This document shows positions 22,601 through 31,885 of a stretch of 32,000 bases of DNA, in pieces. Both the position numbers and the translations under genes were made by a program. The stretch is taken from the sequence record OZ262643.1, one strand, 5' to 3'. The notes below the pieces were generated by a model. The model had not been told where the DNA came from. It made no database searches and saw only the letters and a program-made list of their open reading frames with translations. Positions within the stretch are counted from its first letter, which is position 1; each line of letters starts with the position of its first letter.

Positions 22601-23272
22601 GCAAGGAAAAAAAATGATACTATTTTTAATCCACATATTGTTTTAGAGCATAAGTTTAGATTCTATATTAATCAAGGTTTAAGTGTATATAATTCTACAC
22701 GTTTAAGTTTTATTGAAATACAGTTGCTTCTTGTGAAAGAAATTCAGCTAGTTTATCAATCACAAGGTGTGTATATTTCTGATAAGCACGTAGAAGTGAT
22801 TATCAAACAAATGACTTCTAAAGTAAAGATTGAAAATGGTGGTGATACAGAATATTTACCTGGAGAACTAGTTGATCTCCAAAAAATTGAATCTATTAAT
22901 AAATCTTTAACATTGATAGATAAAAAAGAGGCTTCTTATTACCCTATTTTATTAGGTATTACTAAGTCTTCACTCAATACAGATAGTTTTATATCTGCAG
23001 CAAGTTTTCAGGAAACAACCAAAGTATTAACAGAAGCAGCTATCTATGGGCGTTTAGACTGGTTAAAGGGCCTGAAAGAAAATGTTATTATTGGTCGTTT
23101 AATACCTGCTGGTACTGGGTTTAATACATACAATTCTAAAAAAATGCATCAAGACATTTATTCTAAGATTAGTAGCAATTTAAAATCAAAACAAAATATT
23201 GATCAATTAAATAAATTGAATTCTCAGAATAATTTTGAAGATATTATAGTTGATGATAGAATTATTGGTTAA
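19622..23272 (+). CDS. rpoC2: DNA-directed RNA polymerase beta-double-prime (RpoC2), with a large trigger-loop insertion
   Basis: 1216-aa ORF with [28 protein letters not shown], the trigger-loop start [23 protein letters not shown] and resumption at [16 protein letters not shown]. The central ~625 aa is poorly conserved. Confidence 0.95.
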   Translation: [1216 protein letters not shown]

Positions 23273-23561
23273 TTAATTACTTAATTATATATTCATATAT
23301 TTATTTAAATACTTTATGTGCTACTGAAGGTTTAAGTAGTTAATCTATATCAATGCATGCAAATAAGTAAAGATTATATTTGTTTGTGCATTTATGAAGT
23401 TCTATTATTTTAATTCTATTTAAATTATATTATTCTTATGGATAACTATGATTTTTTATGTATGTCATAGAATATTTTATGTTATCATTTTTAGTATAAT
23501 ATCAGTTGTTACAACTTTATTTAAGTTCAAAGTTTAATCGTTATATTTTAATTTATTTTTT

Positions 23562-24248
23562 ATGTCAATAGTATCATTAGAAGAATTATTAGAAGCAGGA
23601 GTACATTTTGGTCATCAATCTAGAAGATGGAATCCTAAAATGTTTCCATATATATATACTGAACGTAATGGTGTACACATCATTGATCTTGTGCAAACTT
23701 CTCAAATGCTTAATAATGCGTGTGAATTTATTAAAAAGTCCTCAACACTTGGGAAAACTTTTTTATTTCTTGGTACAAAACGTCAAGCTGCTGGTATAAT
23801 CTCACGTGAAGCTACTCGATGCGAATCCTTTTACGTTAATCAAAGATGGCTAGGTGGTATGTTAACTAATTGGACTACTATTAAATCAAGGGTTAATAGA
23901 CTTAATGATTTACAGCAAAAAGATAAAGATGGTATCATTGAAGCATTGCCTAAAAAAGAAGCGTCTGTTATACGTAAAGAACTCGAAAAGTTACGGAAAC
24001 ACTTATATGGGATTAAAGATATGCAAAAATTGCCTGATATAGTAATAATTGTAGATCAAAAAAAAGAAACTACAGCCATTCAAGAATGTTTAAAGTTAAA
24101 TATCCCTACTGTATGTATTATAGATACTAATTGTAATCCTGAAATAGTTGATATTCCTATACCGGCCAATGATGATGCGATTAGATCTATTAAATTAATA
24201 GTCTCTAAAATAGCTGACGCTATTTTAGATGGAAAAAGTTGCCAATAA
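23562..24248 (+). CDS. rps2: ribosomal protein S2
   Basis: 228-aa [27 protein letters not shown]...[18 protein letters not shown]. Confidence 0.95.
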   Translation: MSIVSLEELLEAGVHFGHQSRRWNPKMFPYIYTERNGVHIIDLVQTSQMLNNACEFIKKSSTLGKTFLFLGTKRQAAGIISREATRCESFYVNQRWLGGMLTNWTTIKSRVNRLNDLQQKDKDGIIEALPKKEASVIRKELEKLRKHLYGIKDMQKLPDIVIIVDQKKETTAIQECLKLNIPTVCIIDTNCNPEIVDIPIPANDDAIRSIKLIVSKIADAILDGKSCQ

Positions 24249-24324
24249 ATTAAAATTTTAATTAATGATCACAAGAATTAAAATTATTTTAATGTTATTA
24301 TTAAATTTATATTATAATTAGGCT

Positions 24325-24987
24325 ATGCAAAAAAAAATTTCTACAGAAAATATTAAAGAATTACGTAGTAAGACTGGTGCTGGTATGACGGATTGCAAAA
24401 AAGCATTAGAAGCTTCAGGTGGTCAAATCGACGTTGCTATAGAAAGCCTCAGAAAAAAAGGCTTGGCCTTTGCTGATAAAAAAGCTAGTAGAATAGCAAC
24501 TGAAGGTTTAATAGAAACTTATGTTCATTCGGGATCTAGATTAGGAGTTATTATAGAGCTGAACTGTGAAACAGATTTTGTTGCGAGACAAGCTAAATTT
24601 CAGCAATTAGCTAAAGATATAGCGATGCAAATTGCAGCTTGTCAAAATGTACAATATATTTCTATGGATCAAATTCCAGAGAGTGTTAAACATTATGAAA
24701 AACAAATTGAATTACAGAGAGAAGATCTTTCTAGTAAACCTCTAGATGTACAAAACAAAATAGCTTTAGGAAGATTAGAAAAAAGATATAAGGAGTTATC
24801 TCTCCTGGATCAAAGTTTTATTAAAAAGTCTGAAATAACTATAGAAGAGCTTATTAAACAACATATTGCTTTATTAGGTGAAAACATTAAAATAAGACGT
24901 TTTGAACGATTTATTTTGGGAGAAGGGCTTAAGTCTAAAAATAGTAACTTTATTGCAGAAGTTTCTAATATGGTCTCAAATGAATAA
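24325..24987 (+). CDS. tsf: translation elongation factor Ts
   Basis: 220-aa ORF with the UBA-like N-terminus IKELRSKTGAGMTDCKKALEASGG and the core IIELNCETDFVAR. It follows rps2, as in the bacterial rpsB-tsf unit. Confidence 0.94.
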   Translation: MQKKISTENIKELRSKTGAGMTDCKKALEASGGQIDVAIESLRKKGLAFADKKASRIATEGLIETYVHSGSRLGVIIELNCETDFVARQAKFQQLAKDIAMQIAACQNVQYISMDQIPESVKHYEKQIELQREDLSSKPLDVQNKIALGRLEKRYKELSLLDQSFIKKSEITIEELIKQHIALLGENIKIRRFERFILGEGLKSKNSNFIAEVSNMVSNE

Positions 24988-25034
24988 ACTCTTATATCGT
25001 GCTATTTTAAATTATAATGTTATCATTATTGTAA

Positions 25035-25060
25035 TACTAATTTTCATTTTGTAATTAGTA
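25035..25060 (+). terminator. weak stem-loop in the tsf-atpI spacer (8-bp stem, 10-nt loop)
   Basis: TACTAATT-TTCATTTTGT-AATTAGTA paired by hand. It is entirely A/T except for one C-G pair. Confidence 0.25.
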
Positions 25061-25096
25061 GTAAGTATTAAATTATAAATTCATGGTAAAATCCAG

Positions 25097-25843
25097 ATGT
25101 ATCAAAATAATTATTACGATTTTTTAAAATTTATTAATCTATCTTCAGTAGAAGTTGGTAAACACTTATACTGGAGTATAGGTGACTATTCAGTACATGG
25201 TCAAGTATTTATTGTTTCTTGGATTGTGATTTTTGTTCTACTGATTTTATCTATATTGGGAACAAGACAATTAGATAGAATTCCTGGCAAATTCCAAAAC
25301 TTTATGGAATTTGTTTTAGAATTTCTACAAGATATTTCAAAAAATCAAATAGGAGAAAATGAATATAGACAATGGGTCCCATATATATCAACAATCTTTT
25401 TATTTATATTAGGTAGTAATTGGGCAGGTGCTTTAATTCCGTGGAAGTTAATTATTCTTCCTGAAGGTGAACTTGCCGCACCTACAAATGATATAAATAC
25501 TACAGTTGCGTTATCTCTTTTAACGTCAATAGCTTATTTTTATGCTGGTATTAGTAAAAATGGTTTAGGATACTTTGCTAGGTATATTGAGCCAACTCCT
25601 GTCCTATTACCAATTAATATACTTGAAGATTTTACAAAACCATTGTCGCTAAGCTTTAGGCTATTTGGAAATGTATTAGCAGATGAATTAGTTGTTTCAG
25701 TGTTTACTTTACTTGTACCGCTTATTATTCCATTGCCTGTTATGATTTTAGGGTTATTTGCTAGCTCCATACAGGCGTTAATTTTTTCAACTTTATCCGC
25801 CGCTTATATAGGTGAAGCTTTAGAAGGTCATGGTGAAGATTAG
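25097..25843 (+). CDS. atpI: ATP synthase CF0 subunit a (IV)
   Basis: 248-aa polytopic ORF with the conserved [16 protein letters not shown] (essential Arg) near the C-terminus. Confidence 0.95.
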   Translation: MYQNNYYDFLKFINLSSVEVGKHLYWSIGDYSVHGQVFIVSWIVIFVLLILSILGTRQLDRIPGKFQNFMEFVLEFLQDISKNQIGENEYRQWVPYISTIFLFILGSNWAGALIPWKLIILPEGELAAPTNDINTTVALSLLTSIAYFYAGISKNGLGYFARYIEPTPVLLPINILEDFTKPLSLSFRLFGNVLADELVVSVFTLLVPLIIPLPVMILGLFASSIQALIFSTLSAAYIGEALEGHGED

Positions 25844-25872
25844 TCTAATATAATCATTGATAAATACTATAA

Positions 25873-26196
<324 letters not shown>

Positions 26197-26204
26197 AAAT
26201 TTTT

Positions 26205-26248
26205 AAATACTTAGTTTATTTTATTTACTTTTAATGGACTAAGTATTT
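26205..26248 (+). terminator. perfect 11-bp stem-loop immediately downstream of atpH, inside the atpIHGFDA cluster
   Basis: AAATACTTAGT-N22-ACTAAGTATTT read directly. The stem begins 9 nt after the atpH TAG stop. It is the longest perfect inverted repeat I found in any spacer of this window. Confidence 0.5.
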
Positions 26249-26306
26249 GCATTTATTGATTGCTGATTAAATGTTTTTAACTTACTAAACTAATAAATAG
26301 ACTATA

Positions 26307-26783
26307 ATGTTTAAATTCCAAATCTTATTAAGTCAAATATCTGAAGCTGAATCTCGCGGTGGATTATTTGATTTTAATGCGACTCTTCCATTAATGGCCT
26401 TACAATTTCTTGGTTTGACTATCGCTTTAAATCTTTTGTTTTACAAGCCAGTAGGTAATGTCCTTGATAATAGAGAAGAATATATCCGTAATAGCTTAAC
26501 TAGTGCATCTGCTGCATTGGTACAAGCTAATGAATTAACTAAAAAATATGAATCTAATTTAGCTGAATCTCGTAAAAAAGCACAGCAAATTATAAAGAGT
26601 GCACAACAAGATGCTCAATTAGTGGTATCAGAAAAAATTAAAGAAGCCCAAAAAGATGCAGAGCAATTATTGTTAAATGCTTACCAAGAGTTGAATATAC
26701 AAAAAGAGCAAGCTTTAAAAGGCTTAGAAGTTCAAGTAGGCTTTTTAAGTGAGCAGATTAAAAATAAACTGCTCGAAAATTAA
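26307..26783 (+). CDS. atpG: ATP synthase CF0 subunit b-prime (II)
   Basis: 158-aa ORF: one N-terminal TM segment (GLFDFNATLPLMALQFLGLTIALN) followed by a long charged helix. Its position between atpH and atpF matches cyanobacteria and red plastids. Confidence 0.9.
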   Translation: MFKFQILLSQISEAESRGGLFDFNATLPLMALQFLGLTIALNLLFYKPVGNVLDNREEYIRNSLTSASAALVQANELTKKYESNLAESRKKAQQIIKSAQQDAQLVVSEKIKEAQKDAEQLLLNAYQELNIQKEQALKGLEVQVGFLSEQIKNKLLEN

Positions 26784-26826
26784 AAAAGATAAATATTAAT
26801 TTAAGTTTAAATATATAAATTATGAC

Positions 26827-27363
26827 ATGGATATTTTTCAAATTTTAGCCCAAGAATCTGTACGGACTGGTGTTAGTTTTAACTCTAACTTTCTGGAAGC
26901 TAATGTAATAAATATTTCTCTATTACTATTTGGTTTAATTTATGTTTTAAGAAAGTTCCTAGGATCTATTTTACTTGATAGGCAAGATAAAGTCTTATTT
27001 GCTATCCGTGAGTCTGAAGAGCGTTTGGAACAAGCTAATATGCGTTTAGACCAAGCTAAAAGACAATTGACCCAAACTCAAATTATAATTGATCAAATTA
27101 TTGAAGAAGCAGAAAATACAGCTAAAAAAGTTCGCCAGTCCATTCTTGAACAAGGTAAATCTGACATTGATAAATTAACTTTATCTAGTAAGACAAGTGT
27201 GAAATTTGCTGAAACTCAAGTGCGTTTGCAGATTCAGCAGCAAATAACTGCTTTAGCTATTAAAAAAGTCAGTGTTGAATTGCAAAACCAGATTACATCT
27301 GTTATGCAAAGTCAAATAATAGATAGGAATATTGTACAGTTAGGAGATAAAATTAATTTATGA
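26827..27363 (+). CDS. atpF: ATP synthase CF0 subunit b (I)
   Basis: 178-aa ORF: single TM segment (NVINISLLLFGLIYVL) plus a long coiled helix. The TGA stop overlaps the atpD ATG. Confidence 0.9.
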   Translation: MDIFQILAQESVRTGVSFNSNFLEANVINISLLLFGLIYVLRKFLGSILLDRQDKVLFAIRESEERLEQANMRLDQAKRQLTQTQIIIDQIIEEAENTAKKVRQSILEQGKSDIDKLTLSSKTSVKFAETQVRLQIQQQITALAIKKVSVELQNQITSVMQSQIIDRNIVQLGDKINL

Positions 27364-27914
27364 GTAATAAAACTTTAATGTCTACTATAGCTTTACCTTA
27401 TGCCGAAGCTTTATTAGATATTGCCAAACAGAATAGTTTACTAGATGAGTTTACTCAAAATTTATCATCAATCTCTGCGGTTTTATCTGAATCACAAGAA
27501 CTAAGAGAATTCTTATCTAATTCTGTAGTTGATACTGTTCTGAAAAAAGAAATACTAAAAAGATTATTTTTGAATCAGATCAATGATTCTGTGTTGCACT
27601 TTTTATTTATCTTAGTCGATAGACGTCGCATCAATTCGTTAAACATGATAATAGAGAAGTATTTAGAATTAAACTATCGTTTAGAATCTATAATTATTGC
27701 TGATGTTTCTTCTGCTGTTGATTTAAATGATATGCAAGTACAAGCTTTAATAAAACAAATTAAGCTTATGACGAAAAGCAATAATGTAAAATTAGCTGTT
27801 AAGAAAAACCCAAACTTGATAGGAGGGTTTGTGATTAAAATTGGTTCTAAAATAATTGATACTAGTCTATCTGGTAAATTAAATAAGATATCTCTTTATT
27901 TGAATACAAACTAA
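27360..27914 (+). CDS. atpD: ATP synthase CF1 delta subunit
   Basis: 184-aa ORF with OSCP/delta-like features (IALPYAEALLDIA..., C-terminal GGFVIKIGSKIIDTSLSGKL). Conserved position between atpF and atpA. Confidence 0.9.
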   Translation: MSNKTLMSTIALPYAEALLDIAKQNSLLDEFTQNLSSISAVLSESQELREFLSNSVVDTVLKKEILKRLFLNQINDSVLHFLFILVDRRRINSLNMIIEKYLELNYRLESIIIADVSSAVDLNDMQVQALIKQIKLMTKSNNVKLAVKKNPNLIGGFVIKIGSKIIDTSLSGKLNKISLYLNTN

Positions 27915-27953
27915 TTAATATTATATATTAAAATTTATAACTTACAAAATAAT

Positions 27954-29471
27954 ATGGTAAACATTAGACCAGACGAAATCAGTAACATTATACGTCAACA
28001 GATTGATCAATATAATCAAGATATACAAGTTGCTAATATTGGTACAGTACTACAAGTTAGTGATGGTATAGCAAGAGTTTATGGTTTAGATGAAGTAATG
28101 GCTGGTGAGCTTTTACAATTTGAAGATCAGGACCAAACTATTGGTATTGCTTTAAATTTAGAAAGTGATAATGTTGGCGTTGTTTTAATGGGAGACGGAA
28201 GAAATATTTTAGAAGGAAGCTCCGTCAAATCTACAGGCCAAATAGCTCAGATTCCAGTGGGTGAGGCATTTTTAGGTAGAGTAGTTAATCCATTAGCTAG
28301 TCCAATTGATGGTAAGGGTTCACCTAACACTGGTGAAACTAGATTAATAGAATCTTATGCACCTGGCATTATTGGTCGTCAATCAGTTTGTGAACCTTTA
28401 CAGACAGGAATTACTGCTATTGATGCAATGATACCAATTGGTAGAGGACAACGAGAATTAGTTATTGGTGATAGGCAAACTGGTAAAACAGCTGTTGCAT
28501 TAGATACAATTATTAATCAGAAAGATCAGGATGTTATCTGTGTATATGTTGCAATTGGACAAAAAGCTTCTTCTGTTGCACAAGTAGTTTCTACTTTAGA
28601 AGAAAAAGGTGCTTTAGAATATACTATTATCGTTGCTGCTAATGCCGATGATCCTGCTACTTTACAGTATATTGCACCATATACAGGAGCTGCTTTGGCT
28701 GAATATTTTATGTATAAGGGTAAGGCTACTTTAGTTATATATGACGATTTAACAAAACAAGCCCAAGCTTATCGCCAAATGTCTTTATTGTTACGTCGTC
28801 CACCAGGTAGAGAAGCTTATCCGGGTGATGTATTTTATTTACATTCTAGATTATTAGAGAGAGCAGCTAAGCTCAATAGTGATTTAGGTGGTGGTAGTAT
28901 GACAGCATTACCCATAATTGAAACACAGGCTGGAGATGTATCAGCATATATTCCAACAAACGTTATTTCTATTACAGACGGTCAAATTTTTCTTTCTGGC
29001 GATTTATTTAATTCAGGTATTAGACCAGCAATTAATGTTGGAATATCAGTTTCACGTGTAGGATCTGCTGCTCAAATTAAAGCTATGAAGCAAGTTGCTG
29101 GTAAATTAAAACTGGAGTTAGCACAGTTTGCTGAATTAGAAGCTTTTTCTCAATTTGCTTCTGATTTAGATAAAGCTACCCAAAATCAACTAGCACGTGG
29201 TCAAAGATTAAGAGAGATTTTAAAGCAGTCTCAAAATTCACCTTTAGTTGTTGAAGATCAAGTAGCTATTATATACGCTGGGGTTAATGGTTACTTAGAC
29301 AATATTGAATTAACTAAAGTTAATGATTTTGTAACGGCTTTACGTGAAGATTTACAAAATTCTAAGCCCGAGTTTGGTGCAAGTATTCGTAACACTAAGA
29401 AGTTAGATTCAGAAGCTGAAGATTTGCTAAAACAATCCATACAAGACGTACACCAAGCATTTTCGGTATAG
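27954..29471 (+). CDS. atpA: ATP synthase CF1 alpha subunit
   Basis: 505-aa ORF with Walker A GDRQTGKT, plus [28 protein letters not shown] and ITDGQIFL. Confidence 0.97.
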   Translation: MVNIRPDEISNIIRQQIDQYNQDIQVANIGTVLQVSDGIARVYGLDEVMAGELLQFEDQDQTIGIALNLESDNVGVVLMGDGRNILEGSSVKSTGQIAQIPVGEAFLGRVVNPLASPIDGKGSPNTGETRLIESYAPGIIGRQSVCEPLQTGITAIDAMIPIGRGQRELVIGDRQTGKTAVALDTIINQKDQDVICVYVAIGQKASSVAQVVSTLEEKGALEYTIIVAANADDPATLQYIAPYTGAALAEYFMYKGKATLVIYDDLTKQAQAYRQMSLLLRRPPGREAYPGDVFYLHSRLLERAAKLNSDLGGGSMTALPIIETQAGDVSAYIPTNVISITDGQIFLSGDLFNSGIRPAINVGISVSRVGSAAQIKAMKQVAGKLKLELAQFAELEAFSQFASDLDKATQNQLARGQRLREILKQSQNSPLVVEDQVAIIYAGVNGYLDNIELTKVNDFVTALREDLQNSKPEFGASIRNTKKLDSEAEDLLKQSIQDVHQAFSV

Positions 29472-29511
29472 CAATAAAATTGTATCTACAATTAAAAATA
29501 TTTTAATTTAA

Positions 29512-29555
29512 ATGTAAAATTAGGATAGTATTATAACTACCCTACATTTTTACAT
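29512..29555. terminator. composite stem-loop between convergent atpA and sufC
   Basis: ATGTAAAA/TTTTACAT (8 bp), then TAGG/CCTA (4 bp) and TAGT/ACTA (4 bp), separated by small internal loops around a 6-nt apical loop. It starts 41 nt after the atpA stop and ends 9 nt from the sufC stop. Confidence 0.4.
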
Positions 29556-29563
29556 CTTATAGA

Positions 29564-30325
29564 TTAAGGATTAGTTAAAAAAAAATCATAACCATTATCT
29601 TCTATTGACTTAGCTGTTTTGTAGTTACCAGTATATACTATTTCACCTGCTTTCATTATATGTACATATTGAGGCTGAATATAATCAATAAGTTTTTCGT
29701 AATGCGTAATGACCAGTATAGAATTATTCTTATTAGAGAAGCTCTTAATATGTTCAGAGATATTTTTTAGTGCTTCTACATCTAGTCCTGAGTCAATTTC
29801 ATCCAAAATAGATAGTTCTTTATTTAGTAGAGACATCTGAAGAATTTCATTTTTCTTCTTTTCACCTCCAGAAAAACCTTCATTTACGTTTCTATTTAGA
29901 AATGAGTCATCCATGTTAATACTCTTTAATTTTTTTGTCATAATTTGAAAAAATGACAAAGGATCTAATTCATTTTCACTTAAAGTTTTCTGCTGAGAAT
30001 TATAGGCTAATCTTAAAAAATCGATATTACTTACACCAGCGATCTCAACTGGATACTGAAAACCTAAAAAAATGCCTTTATTTGATCTTATTTCTGGTTC
30101 TTCATCTGTGATCTCTTCGTTGTTAAAAATTATTTGCCCTTGTGTGATTTTATACCTGGGGTGACCAGCTATTGTCTTAGCTAAGGTACTTTTCCCTGAA
30201 CCATTTTTTCCCATGATTGCGTGAATTTCTCCTTTATTCATTGAAAAATTTAAATTTTTTATAATTGTCTTATTTTCAATATTAACCTGCAAATTTTTTA
30301 TTTCTAGTATTTTTTGAGTATTCAT
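29564..30325 (-). CDS. sufC: Fe-S cluster assembly ATPase SufC (ycf16)
   Basis: 253-aa ORF with a Walker A-like GKNGSGKST, the ABC signature FSGGEKKK and Walker B ILDEIDSGLD. It lies 15 nt downstream of sufB. Confidence 0.94.
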   Translation of the reverse strand: MNTQKILEIKNLQVNIENKTIIKNLNFSMNKGEIHAIMGKNGSGKSTLAKTIAGHPRYKITQGQIIFNNEEITDEEPEIRSNKGIFLGFQYPVEIAGVSNIDFLRLAYNSQQKTLSENELDPLSFFQIMTKKLKSINMDDSFLNRNVNEGFSGGEKKKNEILQMSLLNKELSILDEIDSGLDVEALKNISEHIKSFSNKNNSILVITHYEKLIDYIQPQYVHIMKAGEIVYTGNYKTAKSIEDNGYDFFLTNP

Positions 30326-30340
30326 AAATATTTGTATAGT

Positions 30341-31795
30341 TTAACCAATTGTTCCTTCTAGTTTTAAATTTAGTAAACGATCTGCTTCAACCGCAAATTC
30401 CATAGGTAAGTTATTTAATATTTCTTTGCAAAAACCATTAATCATAAGACTTAATGCTTCTTCTATATTAATACCTCTCTGTAAAAAATAAAATATTTGT
30501 TCTTCTCCTATTTTTGATGTTGAAGCTTCATGTTCAACTTTACAGTATGGATTTTTCACTTGTATATACGGAAAAGTATTAGCCTGACATTTATTTCCAA
30601 GAACCAATGAATCACACTGCGAGTAGTTTTTAGAGTGGCTTGCCTTAATACCCATTTTTACAAGTCCCCTATAACTATTTATTGAATTACCTGCTGAAAT
30701 ACCTTTTGAAATAATTTTACTTCTTGTATATTTTCCTATATGTATCATTTTACTGCCTGTATCAGCTTGTTGATAATTGTTTGTTAAAGCAATTGAAGAA
30801 AATTCACCTATTGAGTAGTTTCCTAAGAGAATACAGCTAGGATATTTCCAAGTAATAGCAGATCCTGTTTCAACTTGTGTCCATAAAATTTTAGAATTAT
30901 TACCTATACACATTCCTCTTTTAGTCACGAAATTATATATTCCACCATTGCCTTTATTATCACCAGAATACCAATTTTGTACAGTTGAATACTTAATAGT
31001 AGCATTTTCGAGTGCTATTAATTCTACTACTGCTGCATGCAATTGATTATTATCAAATTGCGGTGCGGTACATCCCTCTAAGTAACTAACGTAACTATTC
31101 GTATCCGCTATAATTAATGTTCTTTCAAATTGTCCTGATTCTTGATTGTTAATACGAAAATATGTCGATAATTCTAACGGACATTGAGTATTTGGTGGTA
31201 TATAACAGAAAGAGCCATCAGTAAATGTTGCGGAATTTAGTGCAGAATAAAAATTGTCACCTATCGGTACGACAGATCCTAAATATTTATTAATTAAGTT
31301 TGGATAAAGTTTAATAGCTTCCGTAATAGAGCAAAATATTACTCCTGAAGATGCTAATTCTTTTTTAAATGTAGTTGCTATGGATACACTGTCAAATACT
31401 GCATCTACTGCTACATTAGTTAGTCTTTTTTGTTCATCTAAAGATATGCCTAGTTTTTCAAAAGTATTAAGAATTTCAGGATCTACATCATCTAAACTAT
31501 TGATTTCTTTTTTATTTTTTGGTACAGAATAGTATATTATATTGTTATAGTTTATTGTATTGTAAAATAATTTACTCCATTCAGGTTCTTTCATTTTTAT
31601 CCATTTTTTGTATGCTTTTAACCTAAATTCGGTTAAATATGTAGGTTCATTTTTATTTTTAGATATAAGTTGAATAATTTGTAGATTTAATCCTCTAGGA
31701 AAATATTCCAGCTCAATCTTCGTATGAAATCCATATTGATAAGGTTTATTTATTAAGTTATCTAAATAACTGTTGGCAGTTATACTGTTACACAT
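30341..31795 (-). CDS. sufB: Fe-S cluster assembly scaffold protein SufB (ycf24)
   Basis: 484-aa ORF with conserved SufB stretches ([58 protein letters not shown]). Confidence 0.95.
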   Translation of the reverse strand: MCNSITANSYLDNLINKPYQYGFHTKIELEYFPRGLNLQIIQLISKNKNEPTYLTEFRLKAYKKWIKMKEPEWSKLFYNTINYNNIIYYSVPKNKKEINSLDDVDPEILNTFEKLGISLDEQKRLTNVAVDAVFDSVSIATTFKKELASSGVIFCSITEAIKLYPNLINKYLGSVVPIGDNFYSALNSATFTDGSFCYIPPNTQCPLELSTYFRINNQESGQFERTLIIADTNSYVSYLEGCTAPQFDNNQLHAAVVELIALENATIKYSTVQNWYSGDNKGNGGIYNFVTKRGMCIGNNSKILWTQVETGSAITWKYPSCILLGNYSIGEFSSIALTNNYQQADTGSKMIHIGKYTRSKIISKGISAGNSINSYRGLVKMGIKASHSKNYSQCDSLVLGNKCQANTFPYIQVKNPYCKVEHEASTSKIGEEQIFYFLQRGINIEEALSLMINGFCKEILNNLPMEFAVEADRLLNLKLEGTIG

Positions 31796-31853
31796 ATAAT
31801 TGATGTATTTTGATTAATTTATTTTTTGTTTTATACATTATAGTTTATAAGAT

Positions 31854-31885
31854 ATCTCTTAGTTGCATAAGTGAAAATAAGAGAT
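31854..31885. repeat. inverted repeat ATCTCTTA-N16-TAAGAGAT upstream of sufB
   Basis: 8-bp perfect arms read directly, 59-90 nt upstream of the sufB start codon (31795, minus strand). Confidence 0.5.

Noticed and set aside
23273-23561. A possible small RNA gene (ffs/SRP RNA, rnpB, tmRNA or a tRNA) hidden in the largest spacer. The same question was checked by eye in the other spacers over 100 bp.
   Set aside because: I found no GC-rich helices, no cloverleaf-compatible arms, no T-loop (GTTCRANYC-like) motif and no SRP domain-IV-like motif. The spacers are uniformly AT-rich. This is an eyeball check only, so Infernal and tRNAscan should confirm it.
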